In this document: positions 1-9,492 of the stretch, in pieces
Numbering within the stretch: the stretch's first letter is position 1
Layout of the letters: every line of letters begins with the position of its first letter
Assembly: GCA_963809425.1 (NCBI GenBank)
Contig: CAWEJK010000002.1
Span: 193,254-257,253 of the forward strand
Direction: 5' to 3'
Source of the DNA: Thermoanaerobaculia bacterium
Lineage (GTDB): Bacteria > Acidobacteriota > Thermoanaerobaculia > UBA5066
DNA: 64,000 bases
Program-made: the position numbers and the translations under genes
The notes under the pieces: generated by a model
Seen by the model: only the letters and a program-made list of their open reading frames with translations
What the model was told of the DNA's origin: nothing
Databases searched by the model: none

Positions 1-159
1 CGTGACGCCGGCGCCGGCGACGATCTCGCGGACGGACGTGGCCGCGTAGCCGCGGCGGGTGAAGAGCTCCGAGGCGGTGACGAGGAGCCGCTCGCGCGCG
101 GGCAGCGTTCGCGCAGGCACGCGTCGGGAGCTGGAGGCGGATCGAGGCGGTGCGGGCAT
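1..159 (-). CDS. TetR/AcrR-family transcriptional regulator, N-terminal HTH part only (gene runs off left edge)
   Basis: Own reverse-strand translation from ATG at 159: MPAPPRSASSSRRVPARTLPARERLLVTASELFTRRGYAATSVREIVAGAGVT. This is a typical TetR HTH. Absent from the ORF track because it is truncated. Confidence 0.7.
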   Translation of the reverse strand, partial: MPAPPRSASSSRRVPARTLPARERLLVTASELFTRRGYAATSVREIVAGAGVT

Positions 160-174
160 TCGTGACTTGAGGGT

Positions 175-190
175 ACTACCGACCGGTAGT
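175..190. promoter_or_regulatory. Candidate TetR operator: palindrome ACTACCG-AC-CGGTAGT
   Basis: 7-bp perfect inverted arms 16 nt upstream of the TetR start, in the divergent intergenic region facing the dehydrogenase gene. Confidence 0.35.
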
Positions 191-337
191 TAAACCTCTC
201 ATACGGCCAAGCGCCAGTCAAGGTTTCGGGCCTATGCCTCCCTCGGGCGGAAGAACTGCGCCGGCGAGCCGCAAGTCGCTGATGCACCTGCGTTACAGGC
301 ATGTCCGGGCGGGAGCGTACAGACTCGGGCCGGAGGG

Positions 338-1471
338 GTGCGTATGTCTCGCTACCGGATCGCCTGGCTCCCGGGGGACGGCGTCGGCGTGGAAGTCATG
401 GACGCGACGCGCCTCGTCCTCGACGCCGTCGGCCTCGACGCCGAGTACCCGCACGGTGACATCGGCTGGGAGTTCTGGTGCAGGGAAGGCGACGCGTTTC
501 CCGCCCGGACGATCGAGCTCCTGAAGAACGTGGACGCCGCGATGTTCGGCGCGATCACGTCCAAGCCGTCGAAGGCGGCCCTCGACGAGCTTGCCCCGGC
601 GCTGAAGGGCAAGGGCCTCCTCTACCGCTCGCCGATCGTGCGGATGCGGCAGCTCTTCGACCTCTACGTCTGCCTGAGGCCCTGCAAGGCCTACGCGGGG
701 AACCCGCTCAACTTCAAGGAAGGCCTCGACCTCGTCGTGTTCCGCGAGAACACCGAGGACCTCTACGCGGGCGTCGAGTTCTCGCCGGTCCCGCCGGAGC
801 TCTCGCAGACTCTCGCGAAGCTCGCGCCGGCTTTCGCGCCGTTCAAGGGCCTCCGGCCGGACGACTACGCGGTCTCCTGCAAGATCAACACGCGCAAGGG
901 CTCCGAGCGCATCGTGCGCGCCGCGTTCGAGTTCGCGCGGACGAACAAGCGGAAGAAGGTCACGGTCGTCCACAAGGCGAACGTCGTCCGAGCCTCGGAC
1001 GGCGTCTTCCTCGAGGAGGCGCGCAACGTCGCGAAGGGGTTCCCGGAGATCGCGACGGACGAGGCGAACGTCGACGCGATCTGCATGTGGCTCCTGAAGA
1101 ACCCGGCGAACTACGACGTTCTCGTCGCCCCGAACCTCTACGGGGACATCATCTCGGATCTCTGCGCGCAGATGGTCGGCGGCCTCGGGTTCGGCTGCTC
1201 CGGAAACATCGGCGTGAAGCTCGGCGTGTTCGAGCCGTCGCACGGCTCGGCGCCGAAGTACACGGGGCAGAACAAGGTCAACCCCCTCGCGACGATCCTC
1301 GCCGCGAAGATGATGCTCGACTGGCTCGGCGAGAGCGAGAAGGGCCGCGCCGTCGAGGCCGCCGTCGCGGAGGTCGTCGGGGACGGGAAGGTCCGCACGT
1401 ACGACATGGGCGGCGCCTCGACGTGTCTCGAGATGGGGCAGGCCGTGGCCCGCGCGCTCCCGAAGGCCTGA
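338..1471 (+). CDS. Isocitrate/3-isopropylmalate/homoisocitrate dehydrogenase family protein
   Basis: 377 aa. N-terminus YRIAWLPGDGVGVEV, and NLYGDIISDLCAQMVGGLG plus GSAPKYTGQNKVNP motifs of beta-decarboxylating dehydrogenases. Followed by the dehydratase subunits. Confidence 0.88.
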   Translation: MRMSRYRIAWLPGDGVGVEVMDATRLVLDAVGLDAEYPHGDIGWEFWCREGDAFPARTIELLKNVDAAMFGAITSKPSKAALDELAPALKGKGLLYRSPIVRMRQLFDLYVCLRPCKAYAGNPLNFKEGLDLVVFRENTEDLYAGVEFSPVPPELSQTLAKLAPAFAPFKGLRPDDYAVSCKINTRKGSERIVRAAFEFARTNKRKKVTVVHKANVVRASDGVFLEEARNVAKGFPEIATDEANVDAICMWLLKNPANYDVLVAPNLYGDIISDLCAQMVGGLGFGCSGNIGVKLGVFEPSHGSAPKYTGQNKVNPLATILAAKMMLDWLGESEKGRAVEAAVAEVVGDGKVRTYDMGGASTCLEMGQAVARALPKA

Positions 1472-1476
1472 AAGGA

Positions 1477-2787
1477 ATGACGATGAAGAAGACGAAAGTG
1501 GGTGCGACCGTCGTCGAGAAGATCCTCGCGCGGGCGTCCGGGAAGGACGCCGTGCACGCGGGTGACGTCGTGGAGCCGCGTGTCGACCTCGCGATGTCGC
1601 ACGAGAACGCCGCCCTCGTGATCAACCAGTTCCAGGAGATCCACGAGGGGACGGGCGTCGCCGCGAAGCCGTGGGATCCCTCGCGAATCGCGATCATCTT
1701 CGATCACCGCGTCCCGGCCGAGTCGGCGAAGACCGCCACGAACCAGAAGAACGTGCGCGCCTTCGTCGCCGCGCACGGGATCGCGAAGTTCCACGACATT
1801 CGCGGCGACACGGGCGGCATCTGTCACCAGATCCTCCCCGAGTGCGGCTACGTGCGGCCCGGAATGGTCGTCGTCGGGACGGATTCGCACACGACGAGCC
1901 ACGGCGCGCTCGGCGCGTTCGCGTTCGGGATCGGAGCCACGGAGATGGCGAGCGCCTGGGCGCTCGGCGTCGCCGTGAACATCGAGGTGCCCGCGACGAT
2001 CCGCGTCGAGGTCTCGGGGACCTTCGCGCACCGCGTCGGCCCGAAGGACCTCATCCTCCACCTCGTGGGCCTCCTGACCGCGCAGGGCGCGAACTTCCGC
2101 GTCCTCGAATTCGCGGGCGACGCGATCGCGCGGCTCTCGACCTCGGGCCGCCTCGTCCTCTGCAACATGTCCGTCGAGGCGGGCGCGACGTCCGGCATCG
2201 TGCCGGCCGACGCCGAGACGGTGCGCTACCTGCGCGAGGAGGCGGGCGTGACCGATCCGCTCGATCTCGTGACGAGCGATGCCGATGCGATTTTCGAACG
2301 GACGATCACCCTCGACATCTCGGAGCTCGAGCCCCTCGTCGCGTGCCCGCACACCGTCGACAACGTGAAGCCCGTCTCCGCCGTGGCGGGCACGCCCGTC
2401 CAGCAGGTCGTGATCGGGTCGTGCACGAACGGGCGGCTCGACGACCTCGCCGAGGCCGCGGGCATCGTGAGGGGCCGGCACGTGGCGGCCGGGACGCGCA
2501 TGCTCGTCTTCCCGGCCTCCGCGAGGATCTACGCCGAAGCGATGCGGCTCGGCTATCTCGCCGACTTCATGGCCGCGGGAGCGGTCGTCATGAACTCGGG
2601 CTGCGGCCCCTGCCTCGGGATACACGAGGGCGCGCTCGGCGACGGCGAGACGGCGATCTCCACGACGAACCGGAACTTCAAGGGGCGGATGGGAAACCCC
2701 GACGCCGAGGTCTACCTCGCGTCGCCCGCCGTCGCGGCGGCTTCGGCCCTCACGGGCGTCATCACGGACCCGCGGAAGGAGAGCTGA
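1477..2787 (+). CDS. Aconitase-family dehydratase large subunit (3-isopropylmalate dehydratase / homoaconitase type, LeuC-like)
   Basis: Starts at ATG 1477 (MTMKKTKVGATVVEKIL) inside the longer listed ORF. Contains VVGTDSHTTSHGALGAFAFGIG, GSCTNGR and CGPCLG Fe-S cluster motifs. Confidence 0.9.
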   Translation: MTMKKTKVGATVVEKILARASGKDAVHAGDVVEPRVDLAMSHENAALVINQFQEIHEGTGVAAKPWDPSRIAIIFDHRVPAESAKTATNQKNVRAFVAAHGIAKFHDIRGDTGGICHQILPECGYVRPGMVVVGTDSHTTSHGALGAFAFGIGATEMASAWALGVAVNIEVPATIRVEVSGTFAHRVGPKDLILHLVGLLTAQGANFRVLEFAGDAIARLSTSGRLVLCNMSVEAGATSGIVPADAETVRYLREEAGVTDPLDLVTSDADAIFERTITLDISELEPLVACPHTVDNVKPVSAVAGTPVQQVVIGSCTNGRLDDLAEAAGIVRGRHVAAGTRMLVFPASARIYAEAMRLGYLADFMAAGAVVMNSGCGPCLGIHEGALGDGETAISTTNRNFKGRMGNPDAEVYLASPAVAAASALTGVITDPRKES

Positions 2788-2788
2788 G

Positions 2789-3337
2789 ATGGCTCGCGCG
2801 AAGAAGGCGGACAAGATCCGCGTCAGAAAAGTCGAGGCGGTACGCGTCATCCTGAGCCTGGGCGACGACGTGTCGACGGACGTCGTCTATCCGGGGCGTT
2901 TCATGGCGACCGTCCTCCCGGCGGAGACGCCCGCGTACGCGTTCGCGGACCACGCGGCCTTCCAGGCGGCCGTGAAGGCGAAGTCCATCCCGCCGGGCGC
3001 CATCATCGCGGCCGGGAACAACTTCGGCTGCGGCTCCTCGCGCGAGCAGGCCGCGTCGTGCCTCAAAGGGCTCGACGTCGTCGTCGTGGCGAAGAGCTTC
3101 GCGCGCATCTTCCTGCAGAACGCGATCAACCTCGGGCTCAAGGTGGTCGTCGCGCCGGGCTTCGCGGCGGGCGAGGGCGACGAGATCGTGTTCGAGGGAG
3201 GGTGCGTCGAGAACCGCACGAAGCGCACGGCGTTCGACATCACGCCGCTCCCGACGGCGCGGCAGGCCATCATCGACGCGGGAGGCCTCGTCCCCTACAC
3301 GCGGGCGCGGCTCGTCGGCGCGGCGGCCCGAACCTGA
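2789..3337 (+). CDS. Aconitase-family dehydratase small subunit (LeuD-like)
   Basis: 182 aa. Contains GNNFGCGSSREQAASCLKG, the swivel-domain motif. Immediately follows the large subunit. Confidence 0.88.
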   Translation: MARAKKADKIRVRKVEAVRVILSLGDDVSTDVVYPGRFMATVLPAETPAYAFADHAAFQAAVKAKSIPPGAIIAAGNNFGCGSSREQAASCLKGLDVVVVAKSFARIFLQNAINLGLKVVVAPGFAAGEGDEIVFEGGCVENRTKRTAFDITPLPTARQAIIDAGGLVPYTRARLVGAAART

Positions 3338-3341
3338 GCGC

Positions 3342-5213
3342 TCAAGCGGGGGCTCCCTCGCCCCCGTGCGCCGCCGGGGGGAACGATCCGGATTCAGGAG
3401 CGTTCTCGGCCGTTTCGTCGTAGAGGCCTTCCAGCACGTCGCGGTAGCGCTGCTCGACGACGCGGCGGCGGACTTTCAGGCTCGGCGTCAGCTCGCCCGT
3501 CTCGATCTTCAGCTCCGCCGGCAGGATCGCCCAGCGGCGGATCGCCTCGTACCGCGCGAGGTGCGCGTTCACGTGCTCGACGTGCCGGCGGATGAGCTCG
3601 ACGACCCTCGCGTCGCGCACGAGGTCCGCGTAGGACGCGTCGCGAATACCCTCGGCGCGGGCCCACGCGAGAAGCTCCTCTTCGGAGAGGCTGATGAGCG
3701 CGGTGCAGAAGCGCCGCCCCTCGCCGTGCAGGAGAGCCTGGGCGATGACGGGCGTCTCGAGCTTCAGCTTTCCTTCGACGTGCTGCGGCGCGACGAACTT
3801 TCCTCCCGAGGTCTTGATGAGGTCCTTCTTCCGGTCGGTGATCGTGAGGTGGCCCGCGGCGTCACGGGCTCCGATGTCGCCCGTGTGGAGCCAGCCGTCC
3901 GCGTCGAGGGCGCGCGCCGTTTCGTCGGGGAGCCCGTAGTACCCGCGCATCACCCCGCGGCCGCGGAGGAGGATCTCGCCGTCTTTCGCGAACGAGACCT
4001 CGATGCCGGGAATCGGGAGCCCGACGGTGCCCCAGCGGTTCCGGTCCGGGAGGTTGGAGACGGTCATCGCCGTCGATTCCGAGAGGCCGTAACCCTCGAG
4101 AACCGTGAGGCCGAACGCGGCGAAGAACTCGGTGAGCTCCTTCGCGAGGGCGACGCTGCCGCAGATGAAGAACCGGAGGCGCCCGCCGAAACGCCGGCGG
4201 ATCTTCCCGAAGACGAGGGCGTCGGCGAGGCGCCGCCGCGCTTCGAGAAGAGCCCCGACGGTCCGGCCTTCGTTCCGGCGCCGCGCGACCTCGGTGCCGA
4301 TGCCGAGCGCCCACCGGAAGATCGCGGCCTTCGCCTTGCCGCCCGCGAGCACCTGCTCGAGGATCTTGGCGTGCACCTTCTCGAAGATGCGCGGGACGAC
4401 GCAGACGAACGTGGGCTTCACCGCCGCGAGGTTCGCCGCGATGCGGTCGGGGCGGCCGTCGACCGCCGTGGGAAAGCCGAAGCCGATCCCGAGGGTCACG
4501 CACACCTTGCCGAAGACGTGCGCGAGAGGGAGCCAGAGAAACTGCAGGTCGGAAGGCCCCAGGAGGCCCAGCGAGCCGATCGACTCGATCTCGAACAGCC
4601 AGCAGTCGTGCGGCAGCTCGACGCCTTTCGGACGGCCCGTCGTCCCGGACGTGTAGATGAGCGTCGCGAGGTCGGACGGCCCGGCGGCCCCCGCGGCGGC
4701 CTCGTATCCGCCGGGATGCTCCGCGTCCCACGCGCGGCCGAGAGCCGCGAGGTCGAGAAGGGACATCGCGTCTCCCGGAAGGCCCGCCGACGCGTCGAAG
4801 AGAACGAGATGGTCGAGGCAGGGGAGCGCGTCCCGGCGACTCACGATCCGCCGAGCCTGGGCCGCGTCCTCGGCGAAGACGATTTCGGCCCGCGAGTCGG
4901 TCAGGATGAAGGAGGTGTCCTCCTCGGTCGAGACGGGGTAGACGGTCGCGGTGACGCCGCCCGCGCAGGCGACCGCGAGATCCGCGAGGATCCACTCGAG
5001 GCGCGTGCCCGACACGATGGCCACGCGGTCGCCCGGCGAGAGTCCGAGGGACAGGAGCCCGCAGGCCAGGTCGCGGACGCGCGAAGCGGTCTCGCGCCAC
5101 GACAGGCTCTTCCACAACCCGTCCTCGGGGTGGAGAAACGCGGGCGCGTCCGGCGTGGCGGTCACGCGGGCGAAGAAGAGATCCGGGATCGAACGGTACG
5201 GGGGCGGCCTCAC
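3342..5213 (-). CDS. AMP-dependent long-chain acyl-CoA synthetase/ligase
   Basis: 623 aa. AMP-binding signature LIYTSGTTGRPKGVELPH and GWLHTGDIG. GTG start overlaps the stop of the upstream glycosyltransferase (GTGA). Confidence 0.88.
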   Translation of the reverse strand: MRPPPYRSIPDLFFARVTATPDAPAFLHPEDGLWKSLSWRETASRVRDLACGLLSLGLSPGDRVAIVSGTRLEWILADLAVACAGGVTATVYPVSTEEDTSFILTDSRAEIVFAEDAAQARRIVSRRDALPCLDHLVLFDASAGLPGDAMSLLDLAALGRAWDAEHPGGYEAAAGAAGPSDLATLIYTSGTTGRPKGVELPHDCWLFEIESIGSLGLLGPSDLQFLWLPLAHVFGKVCVTLGIGFGFPTAVDGRPDRIAANLAAVKPTFVCVVPRIFEKVHAKILEQVLAGGKAKAAIFRWALGIGTEVARRRNEGRTVGALLEARRRLADALVFGKIRRRFGGRLRFFICGSVALAKELTEFFAAFGLTVLEGYGLSESTAMTVSNLPDRNRWGTVGLPIPGIEVSFAKDGEILLRGRGVMRGYYGLPDETARALDADGWLHTGDIGARDAAGHLTITDRKKDLIKTSGGKFVAPQHVEGKLKLETPVIAQALLHGEGRRFCTALISLSEEELLAWARAEGIRDASYADLVRDARVVELIRRHVEHVNAHLARYEAIRRWAILPAELKIETGELTPSLKVRRRVVEQRYRDVLEGLYDETAENAPESGSFPPAAHGGEGAPA

Positions 5214-6409
5214 GACAGACCTTCCGATCCAGCGTCCGCACCCTGCGGCCGGCCCGGCAGCGGCTGCGCGCGGCGGAGATGCAACGCTTCGTCGAACGCG
5301 GCAAGCGTGCCGCGCGCGGTCTCATCCCAGGTAAAGCGCGCGGCCTGCCGGAGGCCGGCGGCGCGCATCCTCGCTCGCATGCCGTCGTCGGCGAGGACAC
5401 GCGCGATGGCGGCCGCGGCATCGTCCTCATCGTGCGGATCGAACCAGGCGGCCGCATCGCCCGCCACCTCGGGTAACGACGAGGCGCGCGCGCAGATCAC
5501 CGGACAGCCGAGCCGCATCGCTTCGAGCACCGGGAGGCCGAAACCTTCGTACGTCGACGGCATCACGAAGGCCGTCGCCTTGCGATAGAGCACGGCGAGA
5601 TCACGGTCGCTCACGAAGCCGAGCGTGAGCATCCAGGGGGCGCTCGCGTGCCGGGACCTGAAACGACGGCGTGGACCGGCCAGGACGAGGCTCGCCCGGG
5701 GATTCGCGGCGACGACGCGCTGCATGGCGCGGGTGAGGAGCGCGTGGTTCTTGCGCCGATCCGCAGCGCCGACCGCCAGCACGAAGGGCTCGCGCACGCC
5801 GAGGCGCTCGAGCGTCGAAGCGTCATCGCCGACCGGCGGCACCACGAAATCATCCGCGGCCTGCGGCACGATTCGAACGCGGTCGCGCGGAAAGCCGAGC
5901 AGGCGCCGTATTTCGTCCGCCGTGAACGACGAGACGGCGATGATGAGCGTCGCCCGGCGCGCGGTGACCGTGTAACGGCGCCGCAGGAGGAAGTTCTTCC
6001 AAGCCCTGCTCCAACGCGGATCCGGCAGCGCGAGGGGCGCGACGTCGTGCATCGTCACCACCACGGCGCCCTGCGGCGGCACGGGGCCCGTCACGTTCCA
6101 CGGATACCAGAACACGTCGGCGGACGACTTCCGCAGCTCGCGCGCGTGGAGCACCTCCGTGCGTCCGCGGAGCGCCGGGTCGGACGCCACCGCGGCCGCG
6201 AGCCGCTCGACGTCGCGCCGGTTCTTCGTGAACACGGCGAGGCGAAGCTCGGGGCGCAAGGCCACGAGCCGCGGCAGGATCGCGCGCACATAGCGTCCAA
6301 CCCCGCGCACGTCGCGCAGGAGGCGCGTGCCCTCGACGGCCACGGAATATGCCTCCACCACGCAAAAGTTAGATCCTCGGCACCGAACCGGGCAAGGTGT
6401 AAGACGCAT
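5210..6409 (-). CDS. Glycosyltransferase family 1 (GT4-type)
   Basis: C-terminal part of listed ORF 5210..7753. Contains FVMPSTYEGFGLPVLEAMRLGCPVI (EX7E region). Start uncertain: ATG 6409 or GTG near 6358-6361. The upstream part of the long ORF is antisense to the PLP gene and Arg/Asp-rich. Confidence 0.8.
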   Translation of the reverse strand: MRLTPCPVRCRGSNFCVVEAYSVAVEGTRLLRDVRGVGRYVRAILPRLVALRPELRLAVFTKNRRDVERLAAAVASDPALRGRTEVLHARELRKSSADVFWYPWNVTGPVPPQGAVVVTMHDVAPLALPDPRWSRAWKNFLLRRRYTVTARRATLIIAVSSFTADEIRRLLGFPRDRVRIVPQAADDFVVPPVGDDASTLERLGVREPFVLAVGAADRRKNHALLTRAMQRVVAANPRASLVLAGPRRRFRSRHASAPWMLTLGFVSDRDLAVLYRKATAFVMPSTYEGFGLPVLEAMRLGCPVICARASSLPEVAGDAAAWFDPHDEDDAAAAIARVLADDGMRARMRAAGLRQAARFTWDETARGTLAAFDEALHLRRAQPLPGRPQGADAGSEGLS

Positions 6410-6448
6410 TAGGTGCGCCGCAGCCCCGAAAGGCCTAAATTCACCGGT

Positions 6449-7777
6449 ATGAGCACATCCTCGCCCTCCCTCGTCCTGCACGGCGCCGCGCGCTTCTCGT
6501 TCTGGGACTGGTGGGTCGACCGCAAGACCCGCTGGGTGCGCGACGAGGTCCGCCAGCTGGACGAGGGAGTGTTCCGGGCGCTCGCGGCGGGCACGGGCCT
6601 CCCGCCCATCCACCAGCGCTCGATGTTCCCCTTTCACAACGTCAAGGACGGGGCCGACCGCTTCCTCGGGATGTCCAAGGGCGGCGAGCGGCCCTACGCG
6701 CGCATCTACACGCGCCTCGGCAACCCCACCTCCGAGTACCTCGAGCGCGTCCTCTTCCGCCTCGAAGCGCAGCACGTCATCGAGAAGGCGCTCGCCGTCG
6801 ACGAGAAGGAACCGACGATCGGCTGCCTCATCTTCGGCTCGGGCATGGGCGCGATCTCGACTCTCCTCCTTTCGCTGTTGAAGGCCGGCGACGCCGTCCT
6901 CGCGGGCAACATCTACGGCTGCACGGACAGCCTGCTCCGAAACATGTCGAAGTACGGCGTCGGGGCCGTCTTCTGCGACACGGGCGACACCGGCGACGTC
7001 GCGCGCCGCCTCGAGGAGCACGCGAACGTCGCGGCCGTCTTCCTCGAGTCGCCCGAGAACCCCACGCTCCGCCTCTGCGACATCGAGGCGATCTCGCGCC
7101 TCACCGAGGCGCGCGGGATTCCCCTGATCGTCGACAACACGTTCTGCTCGCCGTACCTCCAGCAGCCGTTCCGGCTCGGCGCGGACTTCATCGTCCATTC
7201 CCTCACGAAGTTCATCAACGGCCACTCGACGTCCGTCGGCGGCGCGCTCCTCGGGCCGTTCCGCTTCCTCAAGAACGACCTCTTCCCGTGGTACAAGGAC
7301 CTCGGCGCGACGCCGTCGCCCTTCGACTCGTGGCTGAACTCGATGACGATCCAGTCCCTCGCCGTCCGCCAGAAGGCCCAGAGCGAGAGCGCCGCGACGA
7401 TCGCGGCTTTCCTGCGCGGTCACCCGAACGTCGCGCGCGTGACGTACCCGGGTTTCCACGATTTCCCGCAGAAGGACATCGTGAAAAAGCAGATGCGCGA
7501 CGGCGGCTCCCTCATCTCGTTCGAAGTGAAGGGTGGCGCCGCCGCCGGCGAGAAGCTCATGAACTACCTGGCCCGCAAGGACGTCCCGATGGAGCTCGCC
7601 GTCAGCCTCGGGGGGGCGATCACCTACGTCGAGCAGCCGGCCTCGATGACGCATGCCGTCGTCCCCGAGGCCGATCGCCTGGCCCGTGGTATCACGCCCG
7701 GCCTCATCCGGATGAGCGTGGGGCTGGAGGGGCCCGAGATCCTGATGGAGCACCTCGACCGAGGCCTGGACCTCTGA
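6449..7777 (+). CDS. Cys/Met-metabolism PLP-dependent enzyme (methionine gamma-lyase / cystathionine gamma-synthase / O-acylhomoserine sulfhydrylase family)
   Basis: YTRLGNPT and the PLP-lysine motif HSLTKFINGHS. Start taken at the second ATG (MSTSSPS); ATG 6413 is also possible. Confidence 0.82.
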   Translation: MSTSSPSLVLHGAARFSFWDWWVDRKTRWVRDEVRQLDEGVFRALAAGTGLPPIHQRSMFPFHNVKDGADRFLGMSKGGERPYARIYTRLGNPTSEYLERVLFRLEAQHVIEKALAVDEKEPTIGCLIFGSGMGAISTLLLSLLKAGDAVLAGNIYGCTDSLLRNMSKYGVGAVFCDTGDTGDVARRLEEHANVAAVFLESPENPTLRLCDIEAISRLTEARGIPLIVDNTFCSPYLQQPFRLGADFIVHSLTKFINGHSTSVGGALLGPFRFLKNDLFPWYKDLGATPSPFDSWLNSMTIQSLAVRQKAQSESAATIAAFLRGHPNVARVTYPGFHDFPQKDIVKKQMRDGGSLISFEVKGGAAAGEKLMNYLARKDVPMELAVSLGGAITYVEQPASMTHAVVPEADRLARGITPGLIRMSVGLEGPEILMEHLDRGLDL

Positions 7778-7797
7778 AATCCGACGCGGAGGAAGCC

Positions 7798-8271
7798 ATG
7801 CCGAACGAGGACCACGCGAACGTCCCCGTCATCCCTCCGGTTCTCTTCGGGCTCGGCATCGGGGCGGGTTTCGCGCTGCAGCGGCTCGTTCCCGTCCGCC
7901 TCGTCCCGCCCTCTCTCGAAGGTCCCGCTTGCTTCGCGGGCTCGGCGCTCGCCCTCCTCGGCCTGGCATTCGGGGGCGCGGCGTTCGCCACGTTCATGAG
8001 GGCGCGGACGACGCCGCACCCGAATCACCCCGTGAGCGCCCTCGTGACGTGGGGGCCGTACCGCGTCTCGCGCAACCCGATGTACGTAGGGGCCTCGGCC
8101 TTCACGGCGGGGATCGCGCTCGTCGCGAACACGCCGTGGGTCCTCGCGGCGCTCCCGCCCGTGTGGCTCGCGCTCCGCCGCCTCGTGATCGACCGCGAGG
8201 AGGCCTACCTCGAGCGCAGGTTCGGGGACGCGTACCGGACCTTCACGGCGCGCACGCGCCGCTGGCTGTAG
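7798..8271 (+). CDS. Isoprenylcysteine carboxyl methyltransferase (ICMT)/phospholipid methyltransferase family membrane protein
   Basis: 157 aa starting at ATG 7798 within listed ORF 6511..8271. Contains TWGPYRVSRNPMYVG...EEAYLERRFGDAY motifs and multiple hydrophobic segments. Confidence 0.75.
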   Translation: MPNEDHANVPVIPPVLFGLGIGAGFALQRLVPVRLVPPSLEGPACFAGSALALLGLAFGGAAFATFMRARTTPHPNHPVSALVTWGPYRVSRNPMYVGASAFTAGIALVANTPWVLAALPPVWLALRRLVIDREEAYLERRFGDAYRTFTARTRRWL

Positions 8272-8282
8272 GCGCCGCCGGG

Positions 8283-9446
8283 TCAGAACGCCCGCAGGCC
8301 ATCCACGATCGGGCGCCGCGCGGCCCGCACGGCGGGAACGATCGCCGAGAAGACGCCCACGACGAGCGCGACGCCGGCCGCGAGGGCGACGACCTCGGGG
8401 AAGATCTTCATCCCCGCCGCAAAAGGCGACATCCGCGTCTCCATGAGCGCGCCCTTGAGGCGGGATAACGCCGCGACGAACAGGAGGAAGCCGAGGCCGC
8501 CGCCGACGCACGCGAGGGCGAGGCTTTCGCCCACGACAAGGCCGACGATCCGCGCGCGCGAGAAGCCGAGCGTCCGGAAGACCGCGACCTCGACGACGCG
8601 CTCTCGCACGGCGAGCGCCATCGTGTTTGCGGCGATGAGGATGACGACGCCGATGATGACCACGCCCATCGCGGTCAGGAGGAGCTGGACGTTCCCGAGG
8701 AGCGAGACGAAGCCCATCGTGAAGGCGTTCTCGCTCTCCGTCTTCGTCGGGGCGGGCGAGTTCTCGAAGAAATCGTCGATCTGCTTCGGGAGGCGCTCGG
8801 CGCAGGCGGCGTTCGCGCAGCGGGTCCACACCGTCGAGACGTTTCCGCGGAAGGGCGGGTACGCCTCCTCGAGGTACGCGCGGTGGAAGAAGATGCTCGC
8901 GGAGTTCTCGTACGGAAGGCTGTAGACGCCCTGGACCGTGAACGTCAGGTCCACGGGGTAGAGCGTCCCGGTGATCGTCACGCGGTCACCGATCTTCCAG
9001 CCATACTTCTTCACGATCGCGATGCCGACGAGGCCGCCCGCCCGATCCCTCTTCCAGGCCTCAGCCGACCCTTTCACGATCGTCGCGTCGTCGAAGACCC
9101 GGAGGAATTGCTCGGGGTCCACGGCGAAGCGCGGGAAGACGTTCCCCGCGCTCGCGTCGCGGTAGAGGCCGCCGAGGCGATCGATCGGCGTGATCGCGCG
9201 GACACCTTCGAGCGGGCCGATCTTCGCGAGGACGGCGTACGGGAGCGGTGTCGTGAGACCGACCTTGTGGCGCGTCACGAGGCGGTAGAGGCCGCGCTCG
9301 CGCGCCGGGTCCGGAAGGTTCAGCGTCCTCAGGAAGGTCGCCATGAACGCGACGAGGAACACGGGGAACAGCACCGAGCCGACGGTCAGAAGCGTCCGCG
9401 TCTTCTTGCGGAGAAGGTTTTTCAGGATGAGAGGCAGGAACCGCAT
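8283..9446 (-). CDS. ABC transporter permease, FtsX/MacB-LolE-like
   Basis: MRFLPLILKNLLRKKTRTLLTVGSVLF N-terminal TM segment, a large periplasmic loop and a C-terminal FtsX-type 3-TM bundle. No cognate ATPase gene is adjacent. Confidence 0.8.
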   Translation of the reverse strand: MRFLPLILKNLLRKKTRTLLTVGSVLFPVFLVAFMATFLRTLNLPDPARERGLYRLVTRHKVGLTTPLPYAVLAKIGPLEGVRAITPIDRLGGLYRDASAGNVFPRFAVDPEQFLRVFDDATIVKGSAEAWKRDRAGGLVGIAIVKKYGWKIGDRVTITGTLYPVDLTFTVQGVYSLPYENSASIFFHRAYLEEAYPPFRGNVSTVWTRCANAACAERLPKQIDDFFENSPAPTKTESENAFTMGFVSLLGNVQLLLTAMGVVIIGVVILIAANTMALAVRERVVEVAVFRTLGFSRARIVGLVVGESLALACVGGGLGFLLFVAALSRLKGALMETRMSPFAAGMKIFPEVVALAAGVALVVGVFSAIVPAVRAARRPIVDGLRAF

Positions 9447-9492
9447 CGGGTCAGCCGGCGCGGAATTATGAGGCACTACAATCGCCAGCGGG

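Noticed and set aside
293-2850. Long antisense or overlapping ORFs (293..1243 -, 478..1476 + upstream part, 1138..2850 -, 1671..2855 +)
   Set aside because: They are Arg/Ala/Gly/Asp-rich and low in complexity, typical of open off-frames in GC-rich DNA. They overlap genes with clear family motifs.
3366-5588. 740-aa plus-strand ORF opposite the acyl-CoA ligase, and other giant shadow ORFs (8883..13034 +, 11059..13242 -, 15347..16780 -, 19253..20971 -, 26420..28510 - upstream part, 31225..33558 - upstream part, 45952..48933 -, 46812..49061 +, 56332..58485 +)
   Set aside because: Their composition is dominated by R, G, A, P, D and E, with no recognisable motifs. Each is fully explained as the off-frame or antisense of a conserved gene.
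8761-8775. TTCTCGAAGAAATCG in the FtsX permease CDS and CTTCAGAAAATCCTC in the rluB start region (55455-55475), both resembling the R arm
   Set aside because: These are single short matches without partner arms. The rluB match encodes the conserved RLQKIL N-terminus, so coincidence is plausible.
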